Of a stretch of DNA of 64,000 nt, positions 1 through 11,680 are shown piece by piece. Below the pieces are notes generated by a model. The model did not search any database, was not told the origin of the DNA, and was given only the letters and a program-made list of their open reading frames with translations. This DNA comes from Paraspadella gotoi (lineage: Eukaryota > Animalia > Chaetognatha). Each line of letters opens with the position of its first letter. The first letter of the stretch is position 1. Position numbers and translations under genes: made by a program. Where the stretch lies: NCBI GenBank assembly GCA_051294375.1, contig CM119265.1, positions 11,409,818-11,473,817 of the forward strand, given 5' to 3'.

Positions 1-43
1 AAGTATCAAATAAATCAATAAATTATCAATCAGCTCTGTTGAA

Positions 44-530
44 ATGGCCAGCCATTACGAAGGTCGGATAATGATAATGTGGATGAAAAACGTTAGCAAG
101 CTTTTAGAGAAACGTAAAATAAATGAAACATATAAATGCTCTTGTGGTAAGGGATTTAGGCGTCTGTCTGAGTTAACAGACACACTGGAAGTAAACAAAG
201 AATATCTTCCTCACTTTTGTCGCCACTTTACGCAGCATTTGTTGTCCTGGAAATCTTCTTCGCAACAAACTGACGGTCCTATGAGAGTGCCCCCACCTTG
301 TCACTGTAAAATATGCTTTAGACCTTTTTTAGGGCCTGGTTCTCTTCGAAGACATTTTACTGTTCACAATAGTGATTCTCATGTATGTGAGCTTTGTGGA
401 AAATATTGTTTTGTCATGCGTTAATACCTAATGAGCCACGAAGATGCATTGAATGTCAAAAGAATCAACCGGTATGTGACTGAAAAACTATTGGAATTTA
501 TGAAACTCACCCTGGATCCTGGTGGAAAAG
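44..530 (+). CDS. Upstream exon or degenerate fragment of the C2H2 zinc-finger gene
   Basis: Finger-like motifs CSCGKGFRRLSEL, CKICFRPFLGPGSLRRHFTVH and CELCGKY. One in-frame stop at 422-424; the frame continues to a possible donor aag|gtattt at 531. Colinear with the three-finger module at 2869-3105. Confidence 0.5.
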
Positions 531-708
531 GTATTTAAAGTGTTATTTTATTAATTAAACAAGTTTTTGAGTTGTTCTTTTGGCTTTGTGTATTTCTTTC
601 AAGTATTACGCCGTCCAAAAAGGCGCAGTTTTGAACTGCCTATAAGGGGACAGTTTGAACTGCGCCCTCTTTTCTGTTCACGAAAACTGTCTTTTTTTCC
701 TCTGTTGT

Positions 709-817
709 GGGGAATCCCGCCACTATTTTTGATGGGATTAACGTTTGAAGCCCTCTGCCTTATCCACTACGGGGAATCCCCGCCACTATTTTTGATGGGG
801 TATTAACATTGAAGCCC
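709..817. repeat. Short tandem duplication (~62-bp period)
   Basis: ggggaatcccgccactatttttgatggg..ttaac.ttgaagccc at 709 and again at 771. Confidence 0.75.
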
Positions 818-969
818 AATCCCCGCCAACAAATCACAAGATCTGTTCATCATGGCAGTCCTTGTTATAAAAAATTTTAACTGAAAACATAAAAAACATT
901 AATGATCCTAATTTCAAAATAAATATTTATTTGCATTTAGATCAATCCTAAACCCTATATTTTATTTTA

Positions 970-1402
970 TATCTCTCTCTCTGTCTACCTCCTCTCTCTT
1001 TATTTTCTAGTTTTCATCTCTCTCTCTTCTTCCTCTCTTTCAATCTCTATCTCTCTTTCTTTCTCACTCTATTCTTTTTTGTATATTTTTATCTCTCTCT
1101 CTCTTTCTATCTCTCTCTCTTTCTCACTCTATTTCTTTTTCTATTTTTATCTCTTTCTCACTTCTCTCTCTCTCATTCTACCTTCTCTTTTTTTTCTTAT
1201 CACTTCTCTCTTGTCTCTTTCTCTCTCTCTCCCTTTCACGCTCTCTCCTTTCTCTCTCTTTGTATCTCTAATTCTCTATCTCTTTTTTCACTTTATTTCT
1301 TTTTTTATATTTTTGTCTCTTTCTCACTTTTTTTCTCTCTCTCTCTGTCTACCTCTCTCTCTTTCTTTTTGATTTTCATATCTCTCTCTCTCTTCTCTTT
1401 CT
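970..1402. repeat. CT-rich low-complexity tract
   Basis: Degenerate (CT)n/(CTT)n; the ORF 1079-1372 is a compositional artefact. Confidence 0.85.
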
Positions 1403-1988
1403 CAAGGGTATGACTTGAGAGTTCTCGGCTATAAAGCCATGGTGTCCCGTGGCCAACGAGTCTTTGTCCACCATGACCGAGGACCCCGGCGTGGGGCCGG
1501 CTAATTTTTGCCGCCGGGACTCGAGGACGCGGATCGAGAAAAAAAATCTCAAACTCGAGAGGAAATCCGCTAATCAATAAGAGGACTACGTCTTGGGATC
1601 GCAATCGTGGAAAAAAAAATTTACTTATTTTCTATGAAATGATAAAATTTGAAAAACATTGTAAAACAGGCGTCGGAGAAAAATTGACAGAGAGAAGATG
1701 AACTTATTTACAATGTTTGAAATTGTTTTTAAGAAAAAGGGTCAATCAAATCAACTTGAAAATAGGCAAAAATGAAGTACAGATTCAAAAAGTTGAGCTC
1801 CTGGCGATTCCGGTCACCTTTATTTTTATTTTTTATTTTTGATTGTTCTAAATCTGTATGGAACATCTTATGCAACCACAAATATCAAATATGACCCCCC
1901 AAAAAAAGTCAGTTTCTTATAAACTATACCTATACTATGCATTTAAAATTATCTTGACATAAAATATTGAAGTGTATTTTTTTTTTAG

Positions 1989-3654
1989 TGTTTCTGGAAA
2001 CCATCCACGATTGTGTGAAATTTGTGGAAAAGAATTTTTGTTGGTAGAAGAGATCTTCGGAAGCCATATTTTTAAGCATAAAAAAAGAACGCTAATGCCA
2101 GTTACTAAAAAGAGATGTACTTATATAGAGAATACTATAAATATTGAGAGCAAATCTTTGAAAAGTATACAATCAGAATTTTCAATGAATTGTTCTCATA
2201 TTTTAAGCTCCATGTGTGAAAATTTCAGACCTGATGCAATTTCCAAGGAAGTTGAAGATTCTATTGAAAAAGAACAAATTATGATTCACAAAACATCACT
2301 CGATGAATATGCTAGTTCTGCTGTATTAGATTCTAATGAGTCAGCAGTTAATGCATTGCTTCATGCAAATTACTCTCAACAATATGATCAGTATTTCTAT
2401 GAAAATGAAAAAGATAACCGAAATGAAAAATATTTTTCTTCAAACCTAAATCATAATGCTACGATAGAAAGGGAGAATAGCACACCTGATTCTGCAAAAT
2501 CAGATATTGGATATGTGAGTGATAACACCAATTATGAGTTTGAAAGTGATGATTTATCAAAATCTGCAAAAATTATCAAGACTAACTTGTGTCAGTATTG
2601 TGGACAAAGTTTTAGGAAAGTTAATGAACTTCAAACTCATATAAAAGAGCATAAAAATGAACAACCGTTCCTCTGTCATAAATGTGGTTTAGAATTTGAA
2701 TCAAACCTACAACTTAAAAATCATTCTAACTGTCACCACAATCCTAAAATGCCATCTAATAAACTTAAATCGAAGGATAAATTCAGTTTAATTGACAATA
2801 TTGATCCAATTATGGCATTCAATACCACTAATGATAATGTTTCTTCTAATATGTTGCCATGTGATTTTCATAAGTGTACTTGTGGAAAAGAATTTCGACG
2901 AAAAAGTGATCTGAACCGACATACCGGAATTCATTTGGACAAGCTTCCTCATAAGTGTAATCAATGCAATGCTACTTTTGGGTGTGCTGGTAATCTTCTC
3001 AATCATAAACAAGCTGTTCACAATGAGATTCCACCTTATCAGTGCCACATCTGTGGAATGCCCTGTCAAGGACCTAAAATATTGAAGAATCATCTGCTTC
3101 AGCATAGTAAGATAATAGTAGCTAAACCTAAAAAGCCTCCAAAAAAACCTCAACCTAAAGTTTGTAAACTATGTGGAAAAACCTTTTATAAGGCTTTATA
3201 TGCTAAATATCACATGGCAACTCATACGAAAGAAAGAATATTCCGTTGTGAAGAGTGTGACATGGTTTTTTACAATCGTCTTTCATATCGTCGTCATGAA
3301 CGACGGTGGCATGAATTAAATATCATAAGAAAAAGAAATACCAGGCCCAGAGCAATAGCAAGACGAGAACGATTGAACAAGGTCAAAAGAAAAACGGGGA
3401 GACCAAGAAAGTATCCAGCCCCTGCAGTCGTAGATGCTGAAAATCCTCCTTCTAAAAAAAGTACAAAATCAAATTTGAGCCAATATCATATTAAAATTCA
3501 AAAAGAAACGACTATAAACAAAGAAAAAGACATAATAAAAAAAGAAGCAATCAATAGTTGTGGAAGATATCCTCCAAACAACATGTTCGACGATATTCTA
3601 GGGATGGGTTATGTTGCGTGGACTTACGACATTCGTCGACATTGTATTATGTAA
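1989..3654 (+). CDS. C2H2 zinc-finger protein (about 8 fingers) with C-terminal AT-hook; large exon
   Basis: Acceptor ttttttag ends at 1988. Fingers include CQYCGQSFRKVNELQTHIKEH, CTCGKEFRRKSDLNRHTGIH, CKLCGKTFYKALYAKYHMATH and CEECDMVFYNRLSYRRHERRWH. AT-hook KRKTGRPRKYP at 3385-3417. The 3' end is uncertain because the sequence becomes noisy after ~3550. Confidence 0.9.
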
Positions 3655-4079
3655 AGAAAACCCAATTGGAGAGGTTATATAATCGTAAATAAAATTGAGG
3701 ATGTAGAGAATCAAAACAGAGGAAAGTGTATTGGTAATGTTATTCTAAAGGAATGGAAAATATATAACATCTTGGACAACTTGGAAACTTGCGTTTTTCA
3801 CAGTTGGGGCTGTGGATAACCATTTGCAGTCTCTTTTTATGCGGTCGTCATATCGGCTTTTAGCGTTTGCGACGGATATTGTACGGCTTTGTTGCCGGCA
3901 TAAGTGGCGTTGTTGTGCCGGTCGGCGGTCGTGGGCGATTGTCCAGCCACGTTTCCAAAGTCGTATACGGTCGAATCGCCTTTGTAGATCCGGATCTGCT
4001 TATCAGTAAGAAGACAGATCCGCGACGTCTGTCAATGTGGTCTGTACTAAACGATGCACTGGCCTGTCGCACGAGTGTT

Positions 4080-6620
4080 TCGGTCCGGTCGGTCCCGGCA
4101 CCCCTCACAATATTGTCTCGCGGGCAACACATCAGTGGAATCTTATTCATGTCAGAACAACGGCATTGCGAAATATGTAAATTATGGACGAAAAAAAAAA
4201 TGATGTCTCGTCCGTCCGTGACTGTCCGTGCCCGTCCGTTGTCGCCGTACGCGTCCGTCCGTCCCACCTTAGCAAAAACATCCAATTAAGCACCTCGTGG
4301 ATCATTGGAGGAATGGATTGGTAATGAAATTCTTGTGTGTGGGTAGGAAACCTGTGTGATTGAGAATGCGATCCAGGGATATGAAGTTTTCGAGGGAAAT
4401 CGTGCGAGGTGGAATATGTTTCAAAAAAAGAGAAAAATATTGATTTCATAGGACTATTTGACAACCGCCCGAAATTGCTCAATTGGATAGGGATAGTGCC
4501 AATTGACTGTTGAAGATTTTGGTCACGAGATTGGCCTTGGTGAGGGTTGCAGGGTGTGGGAGATTAAGGTGTGGTGATACGTGGATTTGGAGTGAGGTCG
4601 TGGTGCGGGAGTGTGAATATGTTAGGGCGCGTTGTGTTGTCGCAATGGGAATCGTGCGAGTGGGAAATGAGTTAAAAAATGTGAAGAAACAGAAAAGTCA
4701 ATGAGTTACTTTAGAGGTATTTTGCTTTAAATTTACTTTTCATACATTAATTTTGGGTATTAAAAGATTGGATGATAAAATCGAAGTTGATTAGTTTTGG
4801 GTGGTTAGATGTAGTATAGTATAGAGGAGAATTGAGAGGATTGTATATAGATAGTGTGCAGTGTCGAGTTAGGATTAAAAGGTAGAATGCGAACGAAGAT
4901 AGAGGGTTGATGTCGATTGATTGGAATCGTAGAGTGGAATAAAGAGTTCAATTAGAAGACACAAGACACATTTAGCTTGTGAATTGATTCTTAAAGTTTC
5001 ATCTGCTCTCTCTGCTTGATTGAATGATTGATTGAATTGATGTGATCTGATTGACGGCTAATTATGCGCGTGTGACATAAATTCGACTGCACAGGTAAGG
5101 AGTCGGTAAGTTTTGTGCAAGTTGACAGAATGTATGCGCGGTGGTTGACGCACAATTAGCGAGCTAGTGGTTATAACGAGGATACGCATTCATTGCCGCA
5201 GTTAACCAAAAGTGATTATGGGGCCGGGTTAGACACCAGGGTACAGATATGAGTAGCGAGGGTCACGTAGGAGCTAGTCGATGGTGCGTCACATCGCCTG
5301 ATACGACTTGCTAAGTATAGATGGGGCTCGAGGAGTCAGCTGATTAGGTGTTAGTATGATTGGCATATCGGTTAGTGTGGGTAGAGAGCTAGATAGTGGA
5401 TCACTGCATTCATTGAGTATAGCTTCCATGAGAGAGTGAAGATTCGTCGTCTCATTAAATTAAACATGCATATGTAGTTGGACGCATATTATGGCTGCGG
5501 TGCAGGTTACGAGCTAATTTTAATGGGCTCTCAGTTAAGAGATGGCCCGAGAAAAAGATTATGGGTCAAGATTAAGCCTCGAAATTAATGGTCGTACAGT
5601 TTGAACCCGGCCGTCCGATCCAAATGCATTATGGGCCAGAGTTGACGTTAGAAAATTAGTTGAGGCTATTGAGAAGTAGTAGCTTATTACCGGACTTTTA
5701 TCGGGATTGGATGAATTGTGTATGTGCAGTAAGAAGTGTGTGATTAAACAGAAACCAAAGGTTTTCGATGGAAAATCTTTTGAAGTGGATATTACACGAT
5801 GCTATACGGAGCTGATTAACAAATTCGAAGAGCCGAGTTCTTCAAAATGGGAAAAAAACAAAACCTGTTTCACTAATTAATTTGATTAATGCTTCTTTTT
5901 CACCTTTATATATAAATGTAATATGCAGGATGTATTAATAAACAGTCAAATTAATTTAATCAGTTAGATTAATCAATTATCAAAATTAAATCAATAATAA
6001 TAATAATCAGTCAATCAATCGTCCCATGGTACGTCACCTTGCAAAGCCCTCGCAATAACTGCGTGATTGGCTGGTTGGATTGGGAAATGGAATTTTGTGG
6101 TGTGGGTCGGAAAGTGGGTGTGAGGTCAAGCTGGATATCACCGTTTTCGACGGAATCGTGGTGAGTGGAAAATGAGTTGTAAATAAAGACATAAGTCGGC
6201 ATTTACTAAGGACATACTTTCTTACTTATTTTAACCAATAACGTTACTGCTAATTAATATAATTGGATGGATAGGATTGAGTTCAAATGTTGTTGTGTCG
6301 GGGGTAGAAAATGTGTGATCGAATGCTTGATAAAGAAGTTTCGGTGGAAACAACCGTACGAAGTGGACAAATGCAGTTTAAATGAAAAAAATATAGAGTC
6401 ACATTTCTTGATCTTTTTTCTTATTTTAACACCCCATATAGATTGAGAAATGAAATCTGTTGTGGGGAGCGGGGGGTAAGGAAAGTGTGTGAAGCTCGAT
6501 AAATACGATATAAAGGTTTTGAACGGGAATTGGCCAGTGGAAATGAGCTTTAAAATGGAAAAAACCTGAAAGTCACATTTACTTGCAAGCAGAAAATGAG
6601 TACAAGGTTTAAAAAATCCT
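4080..6620 (+). mobile_element. Non-autonomous repeat with (GTCC)n microsatellite and tandem internal units (Helentron/DINE-1-like); noisy
   Basis: cgtccgtccgt tract at 4210-4263, followed by recurring tgaaattttgtgtgtgggtaggaa.gtgtgtgattga..gtggaaaatgagttt units (~4320, 4550, 5715, 6085, 6290, 6450). Reverse-complement homologue at 63220-63650. Confidence 0.5.
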
Positions 6621-8160
6621 AAATCAGGCATAAGGAATCGTCGCAAATTGCAAGCAGAGAGAGAGAGAGAGAGAAGAGAGGAGAGGAGAGGAGAGATGGA
6701 GAGAGAGAGAAGCAGTTAGAAATGAGCATAAGGATCGTGGAGCGTCGCGAATTGCAAAGAGAGAAGGAAGGAAGAGGGAGGAGAGAAGTGAAAGAGAGGA
6801 AGTGGAGAGAGAGAAAGGCATACGAAAGAGGAGAGAGTCGCAGGAGCATAAAAATTAGCGAATAAAAAAGTTGTTTATTCGTCTGTCACTGAAATAAAAA
6901 TAACTTTAAAAGTACTTACAAAATACAATGAAAATTGGATAATTATTATGCTCGGATAAGATTTGTTTAATCACAATTGCAATATATCTAGTAAGGCTAT
7001 ATATCTAGTAAGGCGGGGGCCAAAAGTTAGAAAACACTTTTTATAACTTCTAAGTTTCTCTTAAATTTTTTTTTCCTTTTTCTTACTACTAAATCGATTT
7101 TCAATCATAAACTCTGTTTGAAATTATTTCATTGGGTTGTTGCAACTGAAGCTTTTAAATATTAGTTGAATATATCAATAATATATCAAGTTAATTGGAC
7201 GGAATTGTGGCCAGGGCGAAATGTGTTTAAGTATGTGGAAAAATAAACATACGTCCCGCCGATTTAACTTGGAATCTTTAATATTTAATGATTACTAATA
7301 ATGTTTTAATTTATTACATGAATTTAATTAATGGATTAGTGAAATTGATGCAAGTTAAAGAAAAGATCTGAAAAAGCATAAAGTCTGTCGCAGATTGCAG
7401 AAAAAAAAAAAGAGAGAGAAGAGAGATGAGGGAGAGGAGAGAGTGAGGTGAGAGAGAGGGAGAGGGGAGAGAGAAGGAGACATAAATAGAAATAGGGATA
7501 GTTTGTTTTGTTGATAAAATGTAACTATGCTAAACAAAACATGATTTAATTAACGTCCTAAGAACTACACCAAATTTTAAGAGACATATCGATGAATGAT
7601 AAAGTTGAATTAATAAATGTTAAAGTAATTTATTTACATATTAAAAAATTAATTTAATTAATATATTAACTATAAATCTAATTTGCGATTAAGTTCATTA
7701 ATCTGAATTATCGGTAAGGCGAATCCACATTGGGTTTTGGCTCCAAACTTGATTTATGATTATAAATTTTGGGGTGTAATGAAGCTGAAAATTTCTTACT
7801 ACTAGCAGGCTTCTCATCATCCGTGTGGCTTAAATATGTGGGTCAGGACAGCATATTAAATATGTTTTGTTTGACGATAATTTGTTAAGTCAAACAACAA
7901 ATTTACCGTCTCATTTTCTATTTTTATGTTTCCTACTTTTCTCAGTTTTTTCTTCTTTAAAATATATATAGTCTGCTCTCCGCTCTGGATCTCTGTTTTC
8001 CCCAGTGCTGATTCATCAGAAGAAAAACGCAATCGCAGCTGGCTCTGGCAGGGGCTTTTCTTTGTTCCTCTTTTTCCTGTTCCGATTCTGGCTTTGAAGC
8101 TGCTGCAGAAGGGGTCCTCTATTTTTTCTTCTCTGCTCGCTGCTTTGCTTGCTGCCTTCT

Positions 8161-8260
8161 NNNNNNNNNNNNNNNNNNNNNNNNNNNNNNNNNNNNNNNN
8201 NNNNNNNNNNNNNNNNNNNNNNNNNNNNNNNNNNNNNNNNNNNNNNNNNNNNNNNNNNNN
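8161..8260. other. Assembly gap (others at 15369-15378, 38294-38318, 56541-56565)
   Basis: Runs of N. Confidence 1.
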
Positions 8261-8263
8261 TGT

Positions 8264-8491
8264 TTCCGTACAAAGAGATACGGCCGATTGGTATTAGACA
8301 ATAATTTGTACGACGCCGACCGAACTCACCTGAACGCGCAAGGGTCGCGGGTGCTGGCGGAACTCATTGACCGCCTACTGTTTTGCGATACCGACCAGCA
8401 GTTCCGGGAACGACCGATTTGGGCACTGGGCTCCACGCGTTTCGCTGGATGGAAGAAACTGGAGTGGCCGAATTTCGTCAAACGTCGCTAG
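8264..8491 (+). CDS. C-terminal fragment of an SGNH/GDSL hydrolase-like domain, 5'-truncated by the gap
   Basis: LYDADRTHLNAQGSRVLAELI matches the SGNH block V pattern D-x-x-H-L-N-x-x-G. Confidence 0.6.
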   Translation, partial: FRTKRYGRLVLDNNLYDADRTHLNAQGSRVLAELIDRLLFCDTDQQFRERPIWALGSTRFAGWKKLEWPNFVKRR

Positions 8492-8850
8492 TCGACGACG
8501 ATCGAAGTAAACAAAAGACATAGAATTGATTCACTTAGAAAAAATTAAATAAATTTCGGTGAATAGCTATCGATGTTAAATATCACATTGAAAGAAGAAT
8601 AATCTTACTTTAAATTTAAATCATATCAAAATGAGAAGGAATTTTACTTTGAAAATTTATTCATGGAAAATATTGATATTCGATATCTTAACAAATTGGT
8701 ATGATAAACATGCATGTTGTCATGTTGTCGATCGAAGTCAACCAACCTGAAAATGGTTTGACATATTAGCGATAAAAATATTGAATAATACGATTGATAT
8801 GTCGATTGATTATATTTAGGTCGAGATATTTACATTTTATGTTTTCTCAC

Positions 8851-8987
8851 CTAGACTTCGGAAGGATCTTCGATGTCCACGATTTGGTTTTTCGATTTGC
8901 GCTGAGGCGCGACCGGACGCTTCTTATTTTTGTTGCGATGACTGAGCAGAGAAGGGACCGACAGACGATACTTTGAACTTGACGTTC
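8851..8987 (-). CDS. Last coding exon of a single-pass membrane protein (basic cytoplasmic tail)
   Basis: Acceptor tattcag|, phase 1. Open frame GTSSSKYRLSVPSLLSHRNKNKKRPVAPQRKSKNQIVDIEDPSEV* is in phase with the exon at 9115-9333. Confidence 0.65.
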
Positions 8988-9114
8988 CTGAATACACAAA
9001 TTGTTGCACCCTTTTTACTATCTGTCTGCACGATCTATTTGCATAATTTCATTTTCAAAGATTGGTCAAATTTTTGCATGTTTAGCACGGAATTAATTTG
9101 CACTTGTCACTTAC

Positions 9115-9333
9115 CGACGCAACGACGACACTGCTGAACGACGATGCCAACGAATAAAGCCAGGCAGATGATAGACAGCGTGACAAGAACGACCAAATAG
9201 AGCGTCGAGTGGTCGGGCTGACAGATGCCGAAAACACCTTGTGACGTGACGGGAATCGAACATGATTTCCCGTATTTCCAGCCGAGTTTGGCGAGAAGCG
9301 TGTAAAATGGCGCAGCAGACAAACGAAAATTTT
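9115..9333 (-). CDS. Transmembrane-encoding exon of an unknown single-pass membrane protein
   Basis: Acceptor taattcag| and donor g|gtaagt, phase 1/1. Encodes ...KSCSIPVTSQGVFGICQPDHST-LYLVVLVTLSIICLALFVGIVV-QQCRRCV. Confidence 0.65.
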
Positions 9334-9641
9334 CTGAATTAATGTTATGAAAATTCTTACCAATCGAATTTAAAATTTATTTGTAAAAACGCCGCTCTGG
9401 CTCTATCGGAAGTATATTTATTAACATCTGAATCTCCTTACCCTTCGCGACTGCATCTCTAGCGTATCGGGCACTTCCGGGTTTTGGTATACATGCCACA
9501 CACACCTGGCACCTGGCCCCCTCCTCTTACTGGGCCGCCAGGGTGAGGGCATCAACCCCAACCCATCTTTGCGCCGAAACGCAAAAATAAAAACGATTAA
9601 TGATTATATGTTCCTATGCAGCCGCCGATTGATACTAAAAC

Positions 9642-9894
9642 CTTCTCTAGAGCCGTCATTGCGTACGAGCGCAGAACGAGCCGAAGACGGCGTCGAACTC
9701 GAAATGGAATTCGGAGTCGCGTCGCCGCCCCGACCCCGCCCGTATAAAAAGACGGCGTTCGCCCGTCGGAAGAGCCACATTGCGGCACTCGACTTGTGCC
9801 TCGAGCGAACTGAGGCTGCCGGCACAGCAATGCGAGCCCTTCCTCTGGGCTCAGCACGTCTGAGCTCGTCCCCGAAAAGGCCATTCAAAAACAA
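9642..9894 (-). CDS. Possible upstream exon of the membrane protein gene
   Basis: GC-rich open frame ending gaag|gtttta (phase 1, weak donor); acceptor unresolved. An ATG|gtaagt at 10048-10040 may be the start exon. Confidence 0.35.
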
Positions 9895-10859
9895 AGTGCA
9901 ATTATGAAAATCATTTTTGATTGAAGAAAATAGGAATTTATTATATCGAAAAATTAAAGTTAGTCTTTATCGAAATTTAAAGAAATAAATCTTAGTTATA
10001 ATTTGCGCACTTTCGAAGAGATACTGAACTTATCGTCACACTTACCATTTCGAACTCAGGAGTAGGAAGAGCAAGATGGGTTTATTTTAAGCGATTGATC
10101 GACAATCAGGTCGATTTGAATCGAAGGCGATAAGATTTGATGAGATATCGAAAATAGAACGAAAGCGAATGATTCGAACGATGGACGATCGAAATTTGCG
10201 TGTGAATGTTTTGTGAAGTGTTTGTTTATGTTTTGTGTGGGATCCAAAATAAAATTGATTTAATTGTAACTTTTCTCGAACTGTTGCCGACAGTTCGATT
10301 TTTCTCAAAAACAATTTTATATTTCGCTAACGATTTTCATTTAATGCAAGCGGTCGATTTATTTTTCGTTGTCTTGATTTATTTTTCCTATATTTAGCTA
10401 TGTGTGATCAATTGTAATAAACTGTTATAACTATTGTGATTATTTGTGCTAGTGCTTTACATGTGATCATTTGTACACATTGTTATTTTTTTACCTGCCT
10501 GTTACAAAATTTGTTTTGGGGGGGAGATGTCAGTAATATTTTAATTAGCCTCCAATTAGTAATTAACTTTTAGTTTCAAATTTTGTCTCTCTAAATATTC
10601 TTAGTCTCAAAGTTTAATATCCTGTAGATTCTCAGAGCTCGGCTCCTATTTTGTAAACATTTAGTGAATTAGATAAACAAAGGAAGAGAGACGGGAAGGA
10701 GGCAGAGAATTAAGTGCATTCCATTTTTCGGTTCCAAGGGATTAAGACGTAACATTTATCATGGTTTAATTACAATTTACAACTTGGGCAATCTACAATT
10801 ATTTCAGGTAACTTCAAATACTAATTAGACAGATTATGCATAATCCAGCTCTCTATCGT

Positions 10860-11330
10860 CATTTTTGAGGGCCACAGACCACGTTACCAACAATTCACTC
10901 TTTTTACAATTGTTAAAAATTCTCACCAATATTTTTCAGTTTTAAACATTTACCACTGTTGTACATTGCACAATGTATCTTTTAATTATTTATTTATTTA
11001 TCCCTGTTAAGTCTATCTCTCTCTCTCTCTCTCTTTCTCTCTAACAAATTTCATTTCTTTTTCAAAAACTCACTCAATCTGTGTTCAACTTACCCTGTCC
11101 TCGCCTCTGACCACTATTCTGTCTCACCACTTTGTTGGAAACTTTAACTCTCCCTTTCTCTCTCTCTTTCTCTCTCTCACACACTCTTCTTGTGCACAAT
11201 AATTTGTCCAATTCACAAACTAAAAACACTGAAGAAGGCTTGAATACTAAAGCCGAAACATGTCTGTTTACCAATAAAAACAAATTTCGTTGAAAACTAA
11301 TAAAAACTTTGTTTTTTTCTCTAAATCATT
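10860..11330 (+). mobile_element. Penelope-like pseudo-LTR unit with hammerhead
   Basis: Family motifs (ttaccctgtcctc..tctgaccact..tgttggaaacttt, CT tract), hammerhead, AATAAA at 11273; left boundary approximate. Confidence 0.65.
11224..11269 (+). ncRNA. Minimal type I hammerhead ribozyme
   Basis: AAACA-CUGAAGA-A-GGCUU..AAGCC-GAAA-CAUG-UC|UGUUU: 5-bp stem I, 5-bp stem II, palindromic stem III, GUC cleavage triplet. Confidence 0.8.
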
Positions 11331-11680
11331 TACAACGAAAAAAAAAGGATTATCACAAAGTATAGATATAAAAAAGATAAAAATGAAGGAAACATTTTTT
11401 TGGACAACGCAATTTCTTTTATATGGAACTCCTGTATTTTTTGTCATACATAAATGAGACACAGCTCATATGAATCACAAAAGGCCAAAGTTTCTTGATA
11501 TCTAAATTTTATTTTTCGAATCTTACATTAAAATGCCGAAAAATAACTGGAAAGTAACCGCGACACTTTTTTTTCCATCATGGTACTATTCTTTTAAATT
11601 AACAATAATTTTACTGTTATATTTTTTTTTATATTATTTCCTTTCTTTTCGTTGTGTATAAATAGGCTTAAGAGAAAACA

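Noticed and set aside
3660-5700. Compositionally odd sequence with overlapping ORFs, possible foreign DNA
   Set aside because: Partly aligns to the repeat at 63220-63650 with heavy insertions; looks like low-quality read sequence
9655-9800. Kinesin-like motif HFEFDAVFG in one minus frame
   Set aside because: Followed by stops, with no P-loop or other motor motifs nearby; a different frame fits the splice phase
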